This document shows, one piece after another, positions 20,037-34,903 of a DNA stretch of 64,000 nucleotides; position 1 is the first letter of the stretch, and each line of letters begins with the position of its first letter. Location of the stretch: the NCBI RefSeq assembly GCF_009914755.1, contig NC_060931.1. One strand, 5' to 3'. Both the position numbers and the translations under genes were made by a program. Below the pieces are notes generated by a model. The model had not been told where the DNA came from. It worked only from the letters and a program-made list of their open reading frames with translations, and did not search any database. This stretch comes from the human T2T-CHM13v2.0 reference genome, Homo sapiens.

Positions 20037-20409
20037 TGAAAACATATTTCAAGATAAAGTATTATATTCTCCCACTGGGGGATGGGGGCATGCACAGCAA
20101 ATATTAAGGTTTAAATTCATCTGTGACAGTACTTTCATGGGTCTTTCATTTATCAAAGCCAAAACATAGAAGCACTAGGTCTAAGATAAAACTTGTTTTT
20201 TGTCCTTTGTTGTCAATAGTGAAATAGCTAAATTTGAGGTCTTGTGTAGGAACTGCTCCCTGAAGAAAACCTTGCTGATAATGACATAGAGTAATAATAT
20301 GATATAGCAAAGCTAACTAATTTGGTAGATGAAATATCATTTTAGTCAGTTAATGTTAGCATTAAGATTTGTGTGCTGTGAACAGATAAATGTAATTTTG
20401 AAATTGTAG

Positions 20410-20636
20410 GATCCATGATGACCTTAAAAGAACTGTAGATCTTTGTCAAAAGGCTGAAGCAACAGGAGTTTCATGGATTACAGTCCATGGAAGAACTGCT
20501 GAAGAAAGACATCAGCCAGTGCACTATGATTCCATTAAAATAATTAAGGAAAATATGTCTATACCTGTAATTGCTAATGGAGACATCAGAAGCTTAAAGG
20601 AAGCAGAAAATGTGTGGCGGATTACTGGGACAGATG
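20410..20636 (+). CDS. DUS4L: DUS4L coding exon (exon 7)
   Basis: ttgtag|G ... GATG|gtaaga; 227 nt; IHDDLKRTVDLCQKAEATGVSWITVHGRT...IPVIANGDIRSLKEAENVWRITGTD (HGR and NGDI motifs). Confidence 0.96.
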
Positions 20637-21355
20637 GTAAGAAATAAGTACTTGGGTTCTTTTAATTGGGGGGGAAGAAATGAGAGTGGGGAAGTAATGT
20701 TAATTTGATTTTCATTTGTTTTGTTTAACATTAAGCCATATTTTCCCATTGTACTGTTTTAAGCTAAGCGATTTATTAAAATGATGTTAAGTTTTCTACC
20801 TAGAAAAACATGGATTATCTTAACTGGGATAAATTAATTCAGTTACTTTTCTGACACCATCATATCTAGTGACCAGTGAAGAATTTTCCAGATAGCCTAC
20901 TAGTAAAATAAAGCACCTAGAAATAAGAGTAAGTGAACTCGAGAATGATAAGAGCTAAAGGAATCCCAGAACTGCTATGCAGTTTCATTATTCCCTTAAA
21001 TTATTGGCATGCCAAGCCCTATAATTGCTAGATGGGAGAATATAGATAAACTGAACTTTAAGCAGCCCAATTTATGACAATCCAGATTTACCCTAAAGAA
21101 AAACTAAAGACTAATGGTTTAATGTAGAAATCTTTAAAAAATAAAGATTTCTGTACGTACATTTAAACTTTCCTGGTTTACAAAAGGTACCAAAATTAAT
21201 TCTTTTGTAATCGGATTAAACATATTAATGCAATAAAGACATTACAAAACCTTGTGATAATACTTTTTAAAAATATACTGTTTGCTTCATTGAGCTTGAA
21301 CTAATAACCAGGGGTTCTTAATGTATGGACAAATATGGTGTGCTTTAATTTGTAG

Positions 21356-21603
21356 GTGTGATGGTTGCAAGAGGACTCTTAGCAAACCCGGCCATGTTTG
21401 CTGGATATGAGGAAACCCCACTGAAATGCATCTGGGACTGGGTTGACATTGCTCTTGAACTCGGGACTCCTTACATGTGTTTCCATCAACATTTAATGTA
21501 CATGATGGAAAAGATAACTTCAAGGCAGGAAAAAAGGGTATTTAATGCTCTGTCAAGCACATCAGCAATCATAGATTACCTTACAGACCATTATGGCATT
21601 TGA
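21356..21603 (+). CDS. DUS4L: DUS4L last coding exon (exon 8), stop TGA 21601-21603; full CDS 954 nt = 317 aa
   Basis: tttgtag|GT; GVMVARGLLANPAMFAGYEETPLKCIWDWVDIALELGTPYMCFHQHLMYMMEKITSRQEKRVFNALSSTSAIIDYLTDHYGI*. Exon lengths 116+122+118+123+227+248=954. Confidence 0.96.
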
Positions 21604-21681
21604 CTAGACTTCCCAAATAATTTTAATATATACTTTTAGACCCACAGTGAAACCACAGAAGGTCATATTTTGTACCTTAAA

Positions 21682-21868
21682 CCAGTAGCTCTCAAATTTT
21701 AGTATAAAAACAATTCCTGGGAGCGTTTTTTAAAAATCAGTTGTAGACACCACCCTCAGAGATTCTGATTAGGTAGATCTGGAGTAGACCCAGAAATACA
21801 CAGTTTAAAGAAAACTCCCAGTGGTTCAAACATCCTGATCATCCTAGGCAAACATTGACAAATACTGC
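21682..21868. mobile_element. MER5-like MITE in the DUS4L 3'UTR
   Basis: caccctcagagattctgattaggtagatctggagtagacccagaaat pattern. Confidence 0.55.
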
Positions 21869-21945
21869 TCTGAATCCTGTTCTATAGATATTGGGGGGAT
21901 GGGTAGAGTGGGAATTTTTTCCTAATCATGTTTTTAACATTTTAA

Positions 21946-21951
21946 AATAAA
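21946..21951 (+). terminator. Candidate proximal poly(A) signal of DUS4L
   Basis: AATAAA ~340 nt after the stop; weak downstream GU-rich element. Confidence 0.4.
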
Positions 21952-22441
21952 ATTTAATACTAAGAAATTATGGCTTATAGTATCTATAAATTAACAAGAA
22001 GTATGCAGGTGCAAAAAAGTGGTGGAACAAATACCAACATCCATCCAAAATGAAAAAGAACAGGAAATTCTGAATAGAATTGCACTCAGAACTTATATTA
22101 AAAATTCCATTTGGTTAATGACATTAAATTTGGTACATTTCAAAACTTCTAGGTCCTCCAAAGATTGAAAGCTTAATAATCTCCTACCTAAAAAGATAAA
22201 ATTAATTGCAATCTACCATATCTTAAGTATAGGAAATTTGGTGTCCAACCTGGAGATGATTATATATTTGAAATATTTCCTAGAGAATAGTAACCAGGTT
22301 TTGTTTTTAACTTTAAAACCTAATTACTTTTGTGCCTCTCAGCCGTTGATTGTAACTTTAAAGTCCCATGGTTTTGGAGTGTTATTAATAGATTTTGTTA
22401 TCGGTGGGCATGCACTGCAAGAATTAAGTATCTCAGACTGA

Positions 22442-22447
22442 AATAAA
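22442..22447 (+). terminator. Candidate distal poly(A) signal of DUS4L
   Basis: AATAAA followed ~20-35 nt later by U/GU-rich tattttgttttg. Confidence 0.55.
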
Positions 22448-22823
22448 ACCGTTCATAATTAAAGTATTATTTTGTTTTGCCAACATGAAAACTGTTATAA
22501 GGAAACAATTATGTAAAACTGTTTAATTCACGTTTGGGAATATTGAATGAATCCATTTTAACATAAGCACTGTGGTGCCATCTTTTTTCTCAGTACATTC
22601 TGTTTTCACTTTTCAGTTAATGCATTTTTTTTTTTAAAGATAACTCGCTGTTTCATTTTCTATGAATACTGTACAAAATAGGGAGGTATGGTCAGAACTC
22701 TGAATTGAATTACCCTAGTGTTGTGAGCACAGCATCATCACTAGAGTAATGTGCTCGGTGTTTGGAAGGAACCAGCGTGGATGGGCAAGAAGTTCTAACA
22801 CTTTTGATTAAAAGTAACTTCCT

Positions 22824-23436
<613 letters not shown>

Positions 23437-23939
23437 TTATGGTTAATTTATGTTCAAAGTCTATTTTTCTATTTTTTCTGTTACATGTGATCCAGAATAT
23501 TAGTGATAAATTAAGAAAAAGCACCAACTTAAATGTGTTTTTGAATGTTTTATATTCTATAATTATCAATTTTCAACATTTATTTACTATTCCCCAAATA
23601 ATTGTTACCAGGATAGTACTTTTATTAAATTCCTGATACGTTGTCAATATTGAAAAAACTCAACAACTTAAATGTACACGCACAGTTTGAAAAGCTGGAA
23701 AATAGTGAAAGAATATCCCCATACCCACCTTTCGTACCAGTCCCCAAACATCACGGTAAAGTTTACTGTCTCTTCCCAGCCCATGGACGGGAACGGGAAC
23801 GCCTACGGAATATGTTGTGACATACAGTTGATCCTAGGTTCTCCAGAACAAAATGCTGCACGACCACCTCATCCTGGCCCTTTATTAAATATAGCTTAAT
23901 TCTGGACACAAACAGTTCCCACCATGAAGAGAGAGTAGG

Positions 23940-24760
23940 TGACCGGAAAGGAGTGCGTCTTAAGCGCGTTCGCTGAATTTGCACCACCCAATCCAGCCCC
24001 GCCGCCCGGCGCCGCTCCTTAGACCTGGACCCCGGCACCCTCCCGCCGGGGCCGCACTTAGCAGTGGAAAGTCTGTCCTCCTGAAGAAGTTGCGCTCCGA
24101 CCTCCAAGCATCAGGTCAAAAGTCTAACTCATTCTCTGACCTGCCGCCAATTAGAAAACAACTGTTGCCAATAAACGTGGTCGCGCCGCCTGTGACCTCA
24201 GCCGGGACGGACCCGCGGGCGGGAGCCTGCGGGGCGTGAGGCGGGGTGGGGCCCTGGCTCCCCTCCCCCGCCCAGCCGCGGCGTCTGACGTCCCGCGCGT
24301 CGGCGGCCGCGGAGCAGCGCAGGGAGCCAGGCGGGCTGCCGGCGGGTAAGGGCTTCTGCGACCCGGGGACCCGTGGGGCGTAGGCCGCGGAGGGAGAGCG
24401 CCGCTGCCTGGTCTGGAGAACCCCGCGGAGCTGGCCTGGCCCGACCCGGCCCGGCCCGGTCCGCGGCGCGGTGGTCGAGGGCCCGCGGCGCCTTCTGGGA
24501 GCGGGAGGGCCGGGAAGCCGGGCGTTGGTGGAGGGAGGCGTTGGGCTTCTGTCGCCGCGAAGCTGGCGGAAAAGGCAGTGGCCAGCGAGCCGCCTCGCCA
24601 GTTCCCACGACTCCCAGGGAGGTGGCGACACCCGCTTCCCGGGCCACCCTTTTCCCCTTCCTGACCGGGGTCCGTGCTTGCCTTCCCAGGTGGGGGAAGG
24701 TGGAACACTGTCCATCCCCTGGACAAAAACGCTGCGCCTCGGGGCCTTGAACCCGGTTTT
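23940..24760 (+). promoter_or_regulatory. BCAP29 CpG-island promoter
   Basis: Very GC/CpG-rich. CCAAT boxes at 23988, 24147 and 24168; GC boxes ~24240 and ~24265; CRE-like TGACGTC at 24286. Confidence 0.85.
24290..24345 (+). other. BCAP29: BCAP29 non-coding exon 1 (start approximate)
   Basis: Strong donor GCGG|gtaagg at 24345/24346 inside the CpG island, upstream of the exon 2 acceptor. Confidence 0.7.
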
Positions 24761-24816
24761 GTTTGAAAGGAAGCAAGAGAAAATAAGTGTTTTTCCATTT
24801 AGGTGTGAAGAAAAAA

Positions 24817-24908
24817 ATGACACTCCAATGGGCTGCAGTGGCAACCTTTCTTTATGCCGAAATAGGACTCATTTTAATCTTCTGCCTACCTTTTATTCCT
24901 CCTCAGAG
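24817..24908 (+). CDS. BCAP29: BCAP29 (B-cell receptor-associated protein 29, BAP29) first coding exon (exon starts at 24803)
   Basis: Acceptor tttttccatttag|, ATG 24817, MTLQWAAVATFLYAEIGLILIFCLPFIPPQ(R) = BAP29/BAP31-family TM1. Donor AG|gtagga. Confidence 0.96.
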
Positions 24909-26537
24909 GTAGGAAACCTTCAAATCGTTAACTAATAAATATTGGATCGCTCTTAATGTAAAATGGAAAAAGTTTTCTGAACATTAAAAAGTTTCGAAAG
25001 TCTTTGAAAATAAACTCACCTAACGAATTAGGTAGTATATAATGACAATATTAAAATAACATTTTATATAAAACTCTGTTACGTGTACAAGTGAAATAAC
25101 TTTTTCTTCCCTTCTAAAAGAAAAGGCGCCTATACTTTTGATTCTGTTGATTACAGATATAATAAAGCAACGATTATACTTTTAACACCTGCCCTGCCTT
25201 GTCTCAGGTTTTACCTTTGTTTTATTGCCCTGAATTGGAGCCATGAACTAAATAAATATAAGTGGATAAATCATGTTTACAGTACAGCATGGGTGTAAAA
25301 GTGTTTCACTGAGGCACTGGAACAGCAATTTAGAAACCAAAGCCAATAAATTATTCTTAGTTTTCGCCTTTGTAACCGTTAGTTTCATTAATGACAATTT
25401 TACTACTTTTGATTTCACATAAAATTAATGAATGTATATTAAAAGTGCTGAATGTGAAAAGTATCACAACCATGTATTAGCATTAGTTCGTTAGTGACGG
25501 AACTTCTAAGGTCTTGAAGAACCAAGTACAGTGTTTCAAGCCAAGCAGTGGTTCATTTTACCCTTGCAGTAATCTACTTTTTAGTCGTTTAATTTTAGAT
25601 CCAGAAATTTGATAGTATGAATGGGGAAATACACATGTAATAAAAATATTGCAAGATATTTGTTCATACTCCTGGCATAAAAGAAAGTATTTCATAAGTG
25701 AGATCCTAGAGATAACCCACTAAAGTGTATTAAAATCCCAGGACTGGGAGAAACTTCTTAAAGTTTCACCTTAGCTCAGGGTCCAGATAGTCTTTCACAA
25801 CTCCTAACTTGCTCCTTACCTGCCTGGATTTCTGCTCTCTTCTGTCCTTCTCTATCAGCTAAGCTAAGCTCAGTAAGTTGTTTCTTACTAAAGAAAAAAA
25901 ATTGAATCATACTGTAGGGTCTTTGATCTTATTTGATCCATTCCACCCATGTTCTATATATCACGTACTGAGACCCAGGAGGGCAAGTAGCCTACGGTTA
26001 CCTAGCTGGTAAGTGACAGATTCTAGAAAAAAATCTGGCTCTTAGTCCAGTGTTCTTTCTACTCCATCATGCTGCCTCTCATCCTGTAGGTTTTGTTTCA
26101 AACTCAGTAACACCCTGTTTTGCTTTTTGGTAATATTTGCAATGATAGAATCCTATATACTCAAGAGAAAGAAAGATTTTGTATATAAACATCTAATTTA
26201 TAGATAAGGCTTAAGGGTTTGCAAAGAAGGAAAAATTGTCAGTTGATCTTTACTCCATCAGAGTGATCTGTAACTTATGGATCAATATTTTTCTTCCTGC
26301 CAAATAAAAATTTTACCCATCCTCATCAAGTAGCTATTAGATAGATGTGTGTATATTTGCATATGATATATAAATGTGTTCTCATGTACAGATATAAAGA
26401 AAATACGGTATGTATGCACGCAGATCATTTACAATATGTCCTATGTGTGTATCCACATCTTTTTATCTTTTATATTTGTATCACCATAATCTTTAAAGAA
26501 AATATTTCATCATTTAGTCTCTATTATTTTCTTACAT

Positions 26538-26760
26538 AACCCAGTGGTTAAAGGCACATGCTCAGAAATCAGGTCACCTATAACTGCATGTTACTAACCT
26601 TGGGCATGCTCTTGATCCTCTCTGATCTGTTTCCCCATCTGTAAAATGGAGGTAGTACTAGTGTCTACCCCTTACGGTAGTTGTTGTAATTAAATGAGAT
26701 AAAACATGTAAAAGTACTTAGAACCATAATATAGTGAGAACACAATAGGTATTAGCTATG
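26538..26760 (+). mobile_element. MIR SINE
   Basis: MIR core ctgtttccccatctgtaaaatggagg ... attaaatgagataa. Confidence 0.75.
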
Positions 26761-27925
26761 ATAAGGTGCTCAACTGCTAGTTGTTCCCTATGAGAGATCT
26801 CTTACATTCCCTTTTACACCACACCAAACCTTGAAGAAATAAGTAAATTTACATTTGGACCTAGATCAAGGTATTACCACTTATGTTCTCTTAAAAATAT
26901 AAAATTTTATATTGCATAATTTAAATATTGGCTGTATAAAATGCTTGGACTTGGAAGCAGAGACAAAATGAACCGATTCATCTGTATGAATCTCCCTCAC
27001 CCCACCAATTTCAAGTAGTTACTTGAAGTTGTCCTAATCTTAAATCTTAAATGTGTCCTAATCTTAAAGTGAAACTGTTTTTTTCAAGTTGTAAGTGCTT
27101 GAAGCTATTTAAGTGCTTACTACATTTTTCTGCCTCCTTTCAACTAAAGTGTTACTCATTTAAATTGCCCTTGTACAAAGTTTGTTACCTTTCCTATTGC
27201 GTGATGGATTATTTTGCCACTTTGCCATTTATAACCCATGCTTTCTTACCACTGTCTTTGTTTATACTGTTCAATCCACCTAGACTATTTCCCCATCTCA
27301 TTTCCTCTATGTTCACATCTTTATCTGTAGTAATTACATGGTTTTATATATATATATATAGTGTGTGTGTGAAAATTATCAAGCTACATATTTAAGATTT
27401 TTTCAATTTATGTGTATAATACCTGGGTAGTTTTTATAATTCCCTCATGGTTAAAGTAGAGAAACTTTTAGTTGGAGTATACGTTAAAATTGTACTATAT
27501 AAAAATCAGTATGCAGAGTTAGACCCCACTCCTGAAATGTTGCCAATTGTTAGAACAATATATCTTTATTTCTAAGTCATTTCTCTGACCATGAAAAAGA
27601 TACAGAGTAGTAGCTTCTATCAACAATATAATATTTTACTACTGCAAGAATTCCTTTTTAAGGTTTTGCTCATGTATGGTTTACTTTTAGAATATTTAAG
27701 CCACCAGACAGAGGATAATCAAATATCAGGTTATTATTAAATTTGAAAGAGTTGTTTTTTAATTCATGAGATATTCTGTCATGTCAGAATTAATAAATTT
27801 TAAAATTAAATTTCTGTAATTTTCACTTGCTACACAATTACTAAAATGTTACTTCAGTATTTAAAAAGTATTTCAAAACTTTATTTTAGTTTTTTTATAC
27901 CTAATATAATTGTATTGCTTTACAG

Positions 27926-28026
27926 ATGGCAGAAGATTTTTTCATTTAATGTCTGGGGTAAAATTGCAACTTTTTGGAACAAGGCTTTCCTTACCATTAT
28001 CATCCTATTGATTGTTCTATTTCTAG
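27926..28026 (+). CDS. BCAP29: BCAP29 exon 3
   Basis: tttacag|A ... CTAG|gtaagt; 101 nt; WQKIFSFNVWGKIATFWNKAFLTIIILLIVLFL (TM2). Confidence 0.96.
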
Positions 28027-28470
28027 GTAAGTACTAGATCCCTTCTTTGAATAAATATAACTTTTTTTAAATGAATTTCTTTTTAATTAATAGAGTTGAT
28101 GTTACAATTGGTGTACAGTTGACTTTATATAGTATATTGATAGTACATAGAGTGGATACTGATATATTGATACACAGTTGATAGATACTACCATTCTGTA
28201 TGTTCAAGCTTAAGTTTCAACAGGGCACAATGATTCTTAACCCCTTCTAGGTTATTTTAAGATTTGAATGCTGTATATTAATGCATACCTTGCTGTTCAG
28301 AGTTACCAGACTTTATTTTTCATGGTGTTGTCTCTCCTTTGTTACTGTGATGTCCTAGGCACCCAGGAGCTTAGCTGTTAGAAAGGCAAATAAAAGAATA
28401 GAATCATTAGGCTCTCCAAAGGAGTCTTAGATGCAGGGTGTGCATTTGGACTGGATTAAAAAATAAACAT

Positions 28471-28765
28471 GGCCGGGCGAGGTGGCTCAGGCCTGTAATC
28501 CTAGCACTTTGGGAGGCCAAGGCGGGAGGATTGCCTGAGTCCAGGAGTTTGAGACTAGCCTGGGCAACATAGCAAAACCTTATCTTTACAAAAATGTAAA
28601 AATTAGCCAGGTGTGGTGATGTGCACCCATAGTCCCAGCTATTCGGGAGGCTGAGAGACTGGAGGATTGCCTGAGCCCAGAAGTTCAAGTTTGCAGTGAA
28701 CTATTGCACTCCAGCCTGAGCAACAGAGCAAGATCCTTCCTTAAAAAAACAAACAAACAAACAAA
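28471..28765 (+). mobile_element. AluJ element with (CAAA)n tail
   Basis: ggaggattgcctgag diagnostics. Confidence 0.9.
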
Positions 28766-28873
28766 ACTGCAACATAGATTTGGGGACTACCGCAAAAATT
28801 TGAATATGGAGTGATTGTATAATATTAGGGAATTTTTGTTAACTTTAGTTGTGATAACAGCATTGTTACATAG

Positions 28874-28985
28874 CAGGGTCAGCAACCTATATAGCCTGTG
28901 GGCCAAATACCTATTTTTGTAAATAAAGTTTTATTGGGAAATGACCATGCCCATTTGTTTACATAATGTCTGTACTCGTTTTTCA
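28874..28985 (+). mobile_element. MER58-like fragment
   Basis: gcctgtgggccaaat ... tttttgtaaataaagttttattggg. Confidence 0.6.
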
Positions 28986-29751
28986 GCATGTTTTAAATTT
29001 TCATGGTAACAGTATTTTAAAAATTAAAAGTAGACCTTTAGGTTCTTGTCAAACCAGAAGTTCCATGAGTCTTAGTAATCACCATGTTTTTCCAGTTGTT
29101 ACTGAGCTCAGAGAAATTGAGTGACTTGTCTAAGATTATCTAGCTACTTCTTGAAATGCCCCTTCTTGCACAGAGTATGTTTTCCCTCAGAATTCCCTCA
29201 GAGTTGTTGTGTTGTTGGTTAAATAGGATTTAGAGAGGCGAACTTGGGACCCTAACCGCCATCTTTGACACTGTTTTGTGAGAAAATGTCTTCCATGTTC
29301 CAAACCACCAATCTCTCAAATAGAATCCTCTTTATAAAACTAAGAACATCTGGTATGAGAAGGGATGGTATTGTCAAAAACAGAAAGGTGTGAATGATTT
29401 GTGCCTCTTTTCAAGATGTAAATATTTGTCTCATGGTACATTATTAATGTTATGGATTGAATCTCTAGCCATATAACTAGTTATGAGAAGTCAGTAAAGA
29501 ACAATAAGGAAAACCGGTTCCAGTTCTGCCACCAGCTAACTAAAGGACCTTTGAAATGGCTTTTATTTCCTGGGTTTGATTTATTCATCTTGTGAAATAA
29601 AGGGAGAGATGGAAAGAATCTCTGCAGCTCCTGATTTTATGATCTTCTAACTCTAAAATTATCACAAAAATTTCTATTGAAAACTGTCACTTATCATGTA
29701 AGGGAGGGGAGTTGTAGTATAAGTTCTTTTGGTTACATTAGAAACAAACTT

Positions 29752-30151
<400 letters not shown>

Positions 30152-30772
30152 TTAGTACTTGGAACTGAAATGTCCTTTTCTTGGCCATATACATTTTTCC
30201 TATATATACTTCATTCTTTTTTATTATGGACTCTGATATTCTGTCTATCTCCAAGGCAGTAAATGGGTACCACACAGCTGCCAGGTGTGGTACCCATTCC
30301 AGACGTATGCAAGGGTTAATTCATCATCTCTGAATCCCAATTCCACATCAAAGGAAAAAAAATTGGACCAGCTAGTACCAGTTATCTACTCCTCATCTCC
30401 TATAACCAGGAAGGTCACAAGGGAGAATCATGACTGCTGGCTGAAGCCTGCATCTTTGGGTAAACAGGGCAATTAATTCCCAGAGAACAAGGACATCATG
30501 GATAGTTAAGGCAACCAGATAGGTGCTTATCCTCTAGGTCTCCATCCAAAATGGAGTAATGACACCTACTTTCGTGTTTTAAGATTTAAACGCAGTAACA
30601 TATGTAAAGTGCAGAGTCTGATGTTCGAGTCCACAACGATGTAAATAATGCAAAACCAGTGGATTACTCATGCTTAATTTATATTTTACTTGGAAATTTA
30701 TTTCCTTTTTCTTGGTTATCTCTCTAAATAAGGTAACTTTTTTATACATTTTCTTTTTATATGTATTTATTC

Positions 30773-31074
<302 letters not shown>

Positions 31075-33201
31075 AAAATAAGGTAGCTATTAAGAAGTGT
31101 TTGTATTCTTAGAGCCAACACTAACTGAGTGTGTGCATACAAGTGTGTGTGCATGTGTGTGTATTTTAGGTGCTGGTAAGAGACAGAATGGAAGTGGGAA
31201 TTTCAAGAGTGTGTTTAGTGTTAGCAGAAATGCATCCCAGGAATTTGAAAGTTTCCATAACTGATCTAAAATTGGATCATCTTCAGGTGGTTTATAGAAA
31301 ATTGACTATATGTCACATCCTTCCCTTATTGTTGACTCCATTCCATTTTTCAGACATAGTTACCTTTTTAGTATACAGGTGATGTATTCTACAGGTATGT
31401 TTACATGACCATTGACATTAATAAACCTTTTTAATATTATTGGTTAATCTTCAGCTTTTCTGCATAATGGATTCAGGAGTATTATTCCCATTTAATTACC
31501 AAGGAAGATGAATCACGAAGCATAATGATCCTTCATAGTACTCACTATTTGCCTATTTAAAATAAGTCGTAAATATATATTATCTTTGTTGGTTTTTTGG
31601 TAGTGGTTGGCATGCTCTTACTATATTATTGAGGCAATCTGAGAAATGACAAAGGGGAAATAGCCATTAAGATACAGGAAATTTTCTAAAGATCATTTAA
31701 GAGACTACTTTATATAACTATGCAAATAAATTGGAAAACCTAGATAAAATGTATAATTTTGTAGAAAAATATGATTTACCAAATGAACACCAGTAGATAT
31801 AGAAAATTTAAGCAGACTAATTTATATAGAAAAATTATAGAAAGTTATCAAAAAGGACCCCTATTTGAAAAAAAAAGCAAAAAACCAGATAGTTTTATAA
31901 GAAACCCTACTGCTTTCAGAAAACAGATATTACTACTGCTTCTTAAACTGTTCTAGAATTTAAACTTCAAATTGTACAGAGCTAGAAAAAAGCAAGCTGT
32001 AGAATTGAAAATAAGTCAGAACAAATGAACTGAATAGTACATCAGATTGCAATATATAACACAGAGAAAAATAATTACTCTTGAACATAGTACTCTTAAC
32101 TTTTTACCTCGCTGGTAGGGTACATTTTAAGAACCAAGAGGATTACAATGAAATCTGAAACTTTATAATAGTTTTATTGTTGGTAATTTAAAAGCTGTTT
32201 TATGTATAGTGCAGCATCAAGCAAATTAGTATGTTCATGGTATTAGAAACTAAGACTTTCAGGAATAGATATGGCATACAAATATAAAGTCAAAAATTAA
32301 GGATTTTTTAAGTTTTAGAGTGATTTATTTGGGTTTTATTTTGGAGTATGGAAATGTGGAACTAGATAGAGGTGGTAGTTGCACAGCATTGTGAATATAC
32401 TAAGCATGACTGAATTGTTCACTTTAAAGTGTTTACTTTTATGTTATATGAATTTTGCCTCAATAAATTAAAACAATTTTGTTAAAGACATAGGAGTCTG
32501 GCTTTGTTCATAGCAAAACGGGTTGTATTAGACTATTTCTCCTGTGTTAAAAATTATGAACCCTCGATAAAATACGAAAAAAGGTATTTGAAGGCCTTGT
32601 AGAGCAACCAAAAGCAGGCAGAAACTAGAGGGACGTCAACCCTTAAAAGAAGGGAATCATACTGGGTGTGATCACATTTATATAGCCTTTCTTCCAACCG
32701 CTTTCCAGTCATGTGGCATAGACAACGATATAGAACTCAAAGCAAAAAGACAGTCTTAACTGACTTAAGGGGTCAGAGGTCAGATAGATTCAAAAATAAG
32801 AAGGATGTCTAAGAAAGGAGAGAACCCAAAAAGGGAACCCCAAAATCCACATGTAAACTCCCCTTAAATTCTTGGTTGACTCTTCAACCATGGATGTGTA
32901 GGAAAGATTCCAAGGAAATCAATGAAAAGGAACAGCCAGCAAAAAGCAGCAAGGCTGAGAAGAAATTTTGGCTGCTGGCCACCAAGGAGAGACAGAGTTT
33001 GGAGTATGAGCCTCATCACGTTAGAGGGGCTTGGTAAAGACCTTGAACCTTTCCACTAAAATCACAGAAGGGCTACTCCTTAGGAATAGAGACTATATCC
33101 CAGGAATTAGAAATTTACTATAACTAAGGCCTAAAGCAAAATAGACTTACCCTAAAAAAGTATAAAAATCAAGCCTCTCTAAACAGCTGTAAACTGTACA
33201 T

Positions 33202-33717
33202 CAGCAGTCCCCACCCGTTTTGGCACCAGGGACCAGCTTCATGGAAGACAGTTTTTCCATATGCAGGAGCAGGGGATGGTTTCGGGATGATTCAAGCACA
33301 TTAAATTTATATGCACTTCATTTCTATTATTATTACATTGTAATATATAATGAAATAATTATGCAACTCACCGTAATGTAGAATCACTGGGAGCCCTGAG
33401 CTTGTTTCCTACAACTGGACATTCTCATCTGGGGATGATGGGAGATGGTGGCAGATCATCAGGCATTAGATTCTCATAAGAAGCATGCAACCTAGATCCC
33501 TTGCACGCGCAGTTCACAAAAGGGCTTCCACTCCTATGAGAATCTAATGCCACCACTGATCTGATAGCTTGGGCAGTAATGTGAGCGATAAGGAGTGGCT
33601 GTAAATACAGATGAAGCTTTGCTCGCTGGCCTGCCAATCACCTCCTGCTGTGCAGCCCAATTCCTGACAGGCCGTGGAGCAGTACAGGTGCATGGCTCCA
33701 GGTGTTGGGGACCCCTG
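33202..33717 (+). mobile_element. MER1A-like hAT-Charlie DNA transposon
   Basis: Termini CAGCAGTCCCC / GGGGACCCCTG, perfect 8-bp TSD CTGTACAT (33194-33201, 33718-33725), ~516 bp. Confidence 0.88.
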
Positions 33718-33860
33718 CTGTACATAATCTTTGCAAGGGCACATGAATATACTAAACTCTCTTCACCAAGATACACTATATTCTGGGCCATAAAACAAGT
33801 CTCAATAAATACAAAGGATTGAAGTCCTACCAAGGATTGGAATCATATAGAGTATGGGGG

Positions 33861-33991
33861 TTTTGTTTTTGTTGTTTTATAGAGACAGACTTTCGCTTTG
33901 TTGCCCAGGCTGGTCTCAAACTCCTGGCCTCAAGTGATCCTTCCTGTTCCCAAAATGCTGGGATTACAGATGAGAGCTACTGTGCCCAGCC
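33861..33991 (-). mobile_element. Alu left monomer (FLAM-like)
   Basis: Single monomer only. Confidence 0.75.
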
Positions 33992-34579
33992 CCTACAGAG
34001 TATGAAAATAGAAATCAGTAACAGAAATCTGGAAAACCTATACATGTTTGAAAATTAAACAAGACTTGTTAGTAATCCTTGGGTCAAAGAACTCACAAAG
34101 GAAATTAGAAAATATTTTAACTGAACAATAATGAAAATACAATATATTAAAATTTTAAGATGCCATTAAAGCACTGCTTAAAGGAAAAATTATAGATTTG
34201 AATATTTATTTTTAAAAAAGATTTAAAATCGGTGATTTTAGTTTCCACCTTAATAATATCTACCCATTATATTGAATATTGACAGTGAAAAAAATAATAT
34301 TCACTCAGTTGTTTTTTAAAGATTTAGAAGGAAGATTTCTCATTCTGATGAAGAGCTACAAAAAACCTCAAGCTAGCATCATACTTAAATATCAAAGTCT
34401 TCCCCCATAAGATTGGAAACAAGGCAAGGATATTTACACTCTGTTTATTCATTTGAGTAATAGATGTCCTAGCCAGGGTAATAATAAGTCATGAAAGAAA
34501 TGAAAGGCTTAAAGATTGCAAAGAAAGAAGTAAAATATCCTTATTTGCAGATGACACGATTATTTATATAGAAAATCCT

Positions 34580-34903
34580 GGCCTGGCACAGTGGCTCACT
34601 CCTGTAATCCCACCACTTTAGGAGGCTGAGTTGGGCAGATTGCTCAAGCTCAGGAGTTGCAGACCATCCTGGGCAACATGGCTAAACCCCGTCTCTACCA
34701 GAAAGTACAAAAATTAGCCAGGCATGGTGGCTCATGCTTGTAGTCCCAGCTACTCAAAAGGCTGAGGTGGGAGAGTTGCTTGAGCCCAAGAGGTCAAGGC
34801 TGCAGTGAGACGTGATCACATCACTGCACTCCAGCCTGGGTGACAAAGCGAGACCCTGTCTCAGAAAAAAAAAAAAGAAAGAAAGAAAGAAAGAAAGAAA
34901 GAA
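34580..34903 (+). mobile_element. AluJ with (GAAA)n tail
   Basis: Full dimer; flanking AATCCT repeat. Confidence 0.9.

Noticed and set aside
24147-24180. CCAAT boxes next to ACGTGG suggesting an ER-stress element in the BCAP29 promoter
   Set aside because: Spacing and orientation match neither ERSE (CCAAT-N9-CCACG) nor ERSE-II (ATTGG-N-CCACG); kept only as ordinary NF-Y sites.
24116-24935. Long overlapping ORFs (242, 215, 192 aa on minus; 125, 154 aa on plus) over the BCAP29 promoter
   Set aside because: Pro/Arg/Gly/Ala-rich translations of a stop-poor CpG island, several with non-ATG starts and no recognisable domain.
27030-27068. Direct repeat TGTCCTAATCTTAAA
   Set aside because: Tiny slippage duplication in an AT-rich intron; no functional cue.
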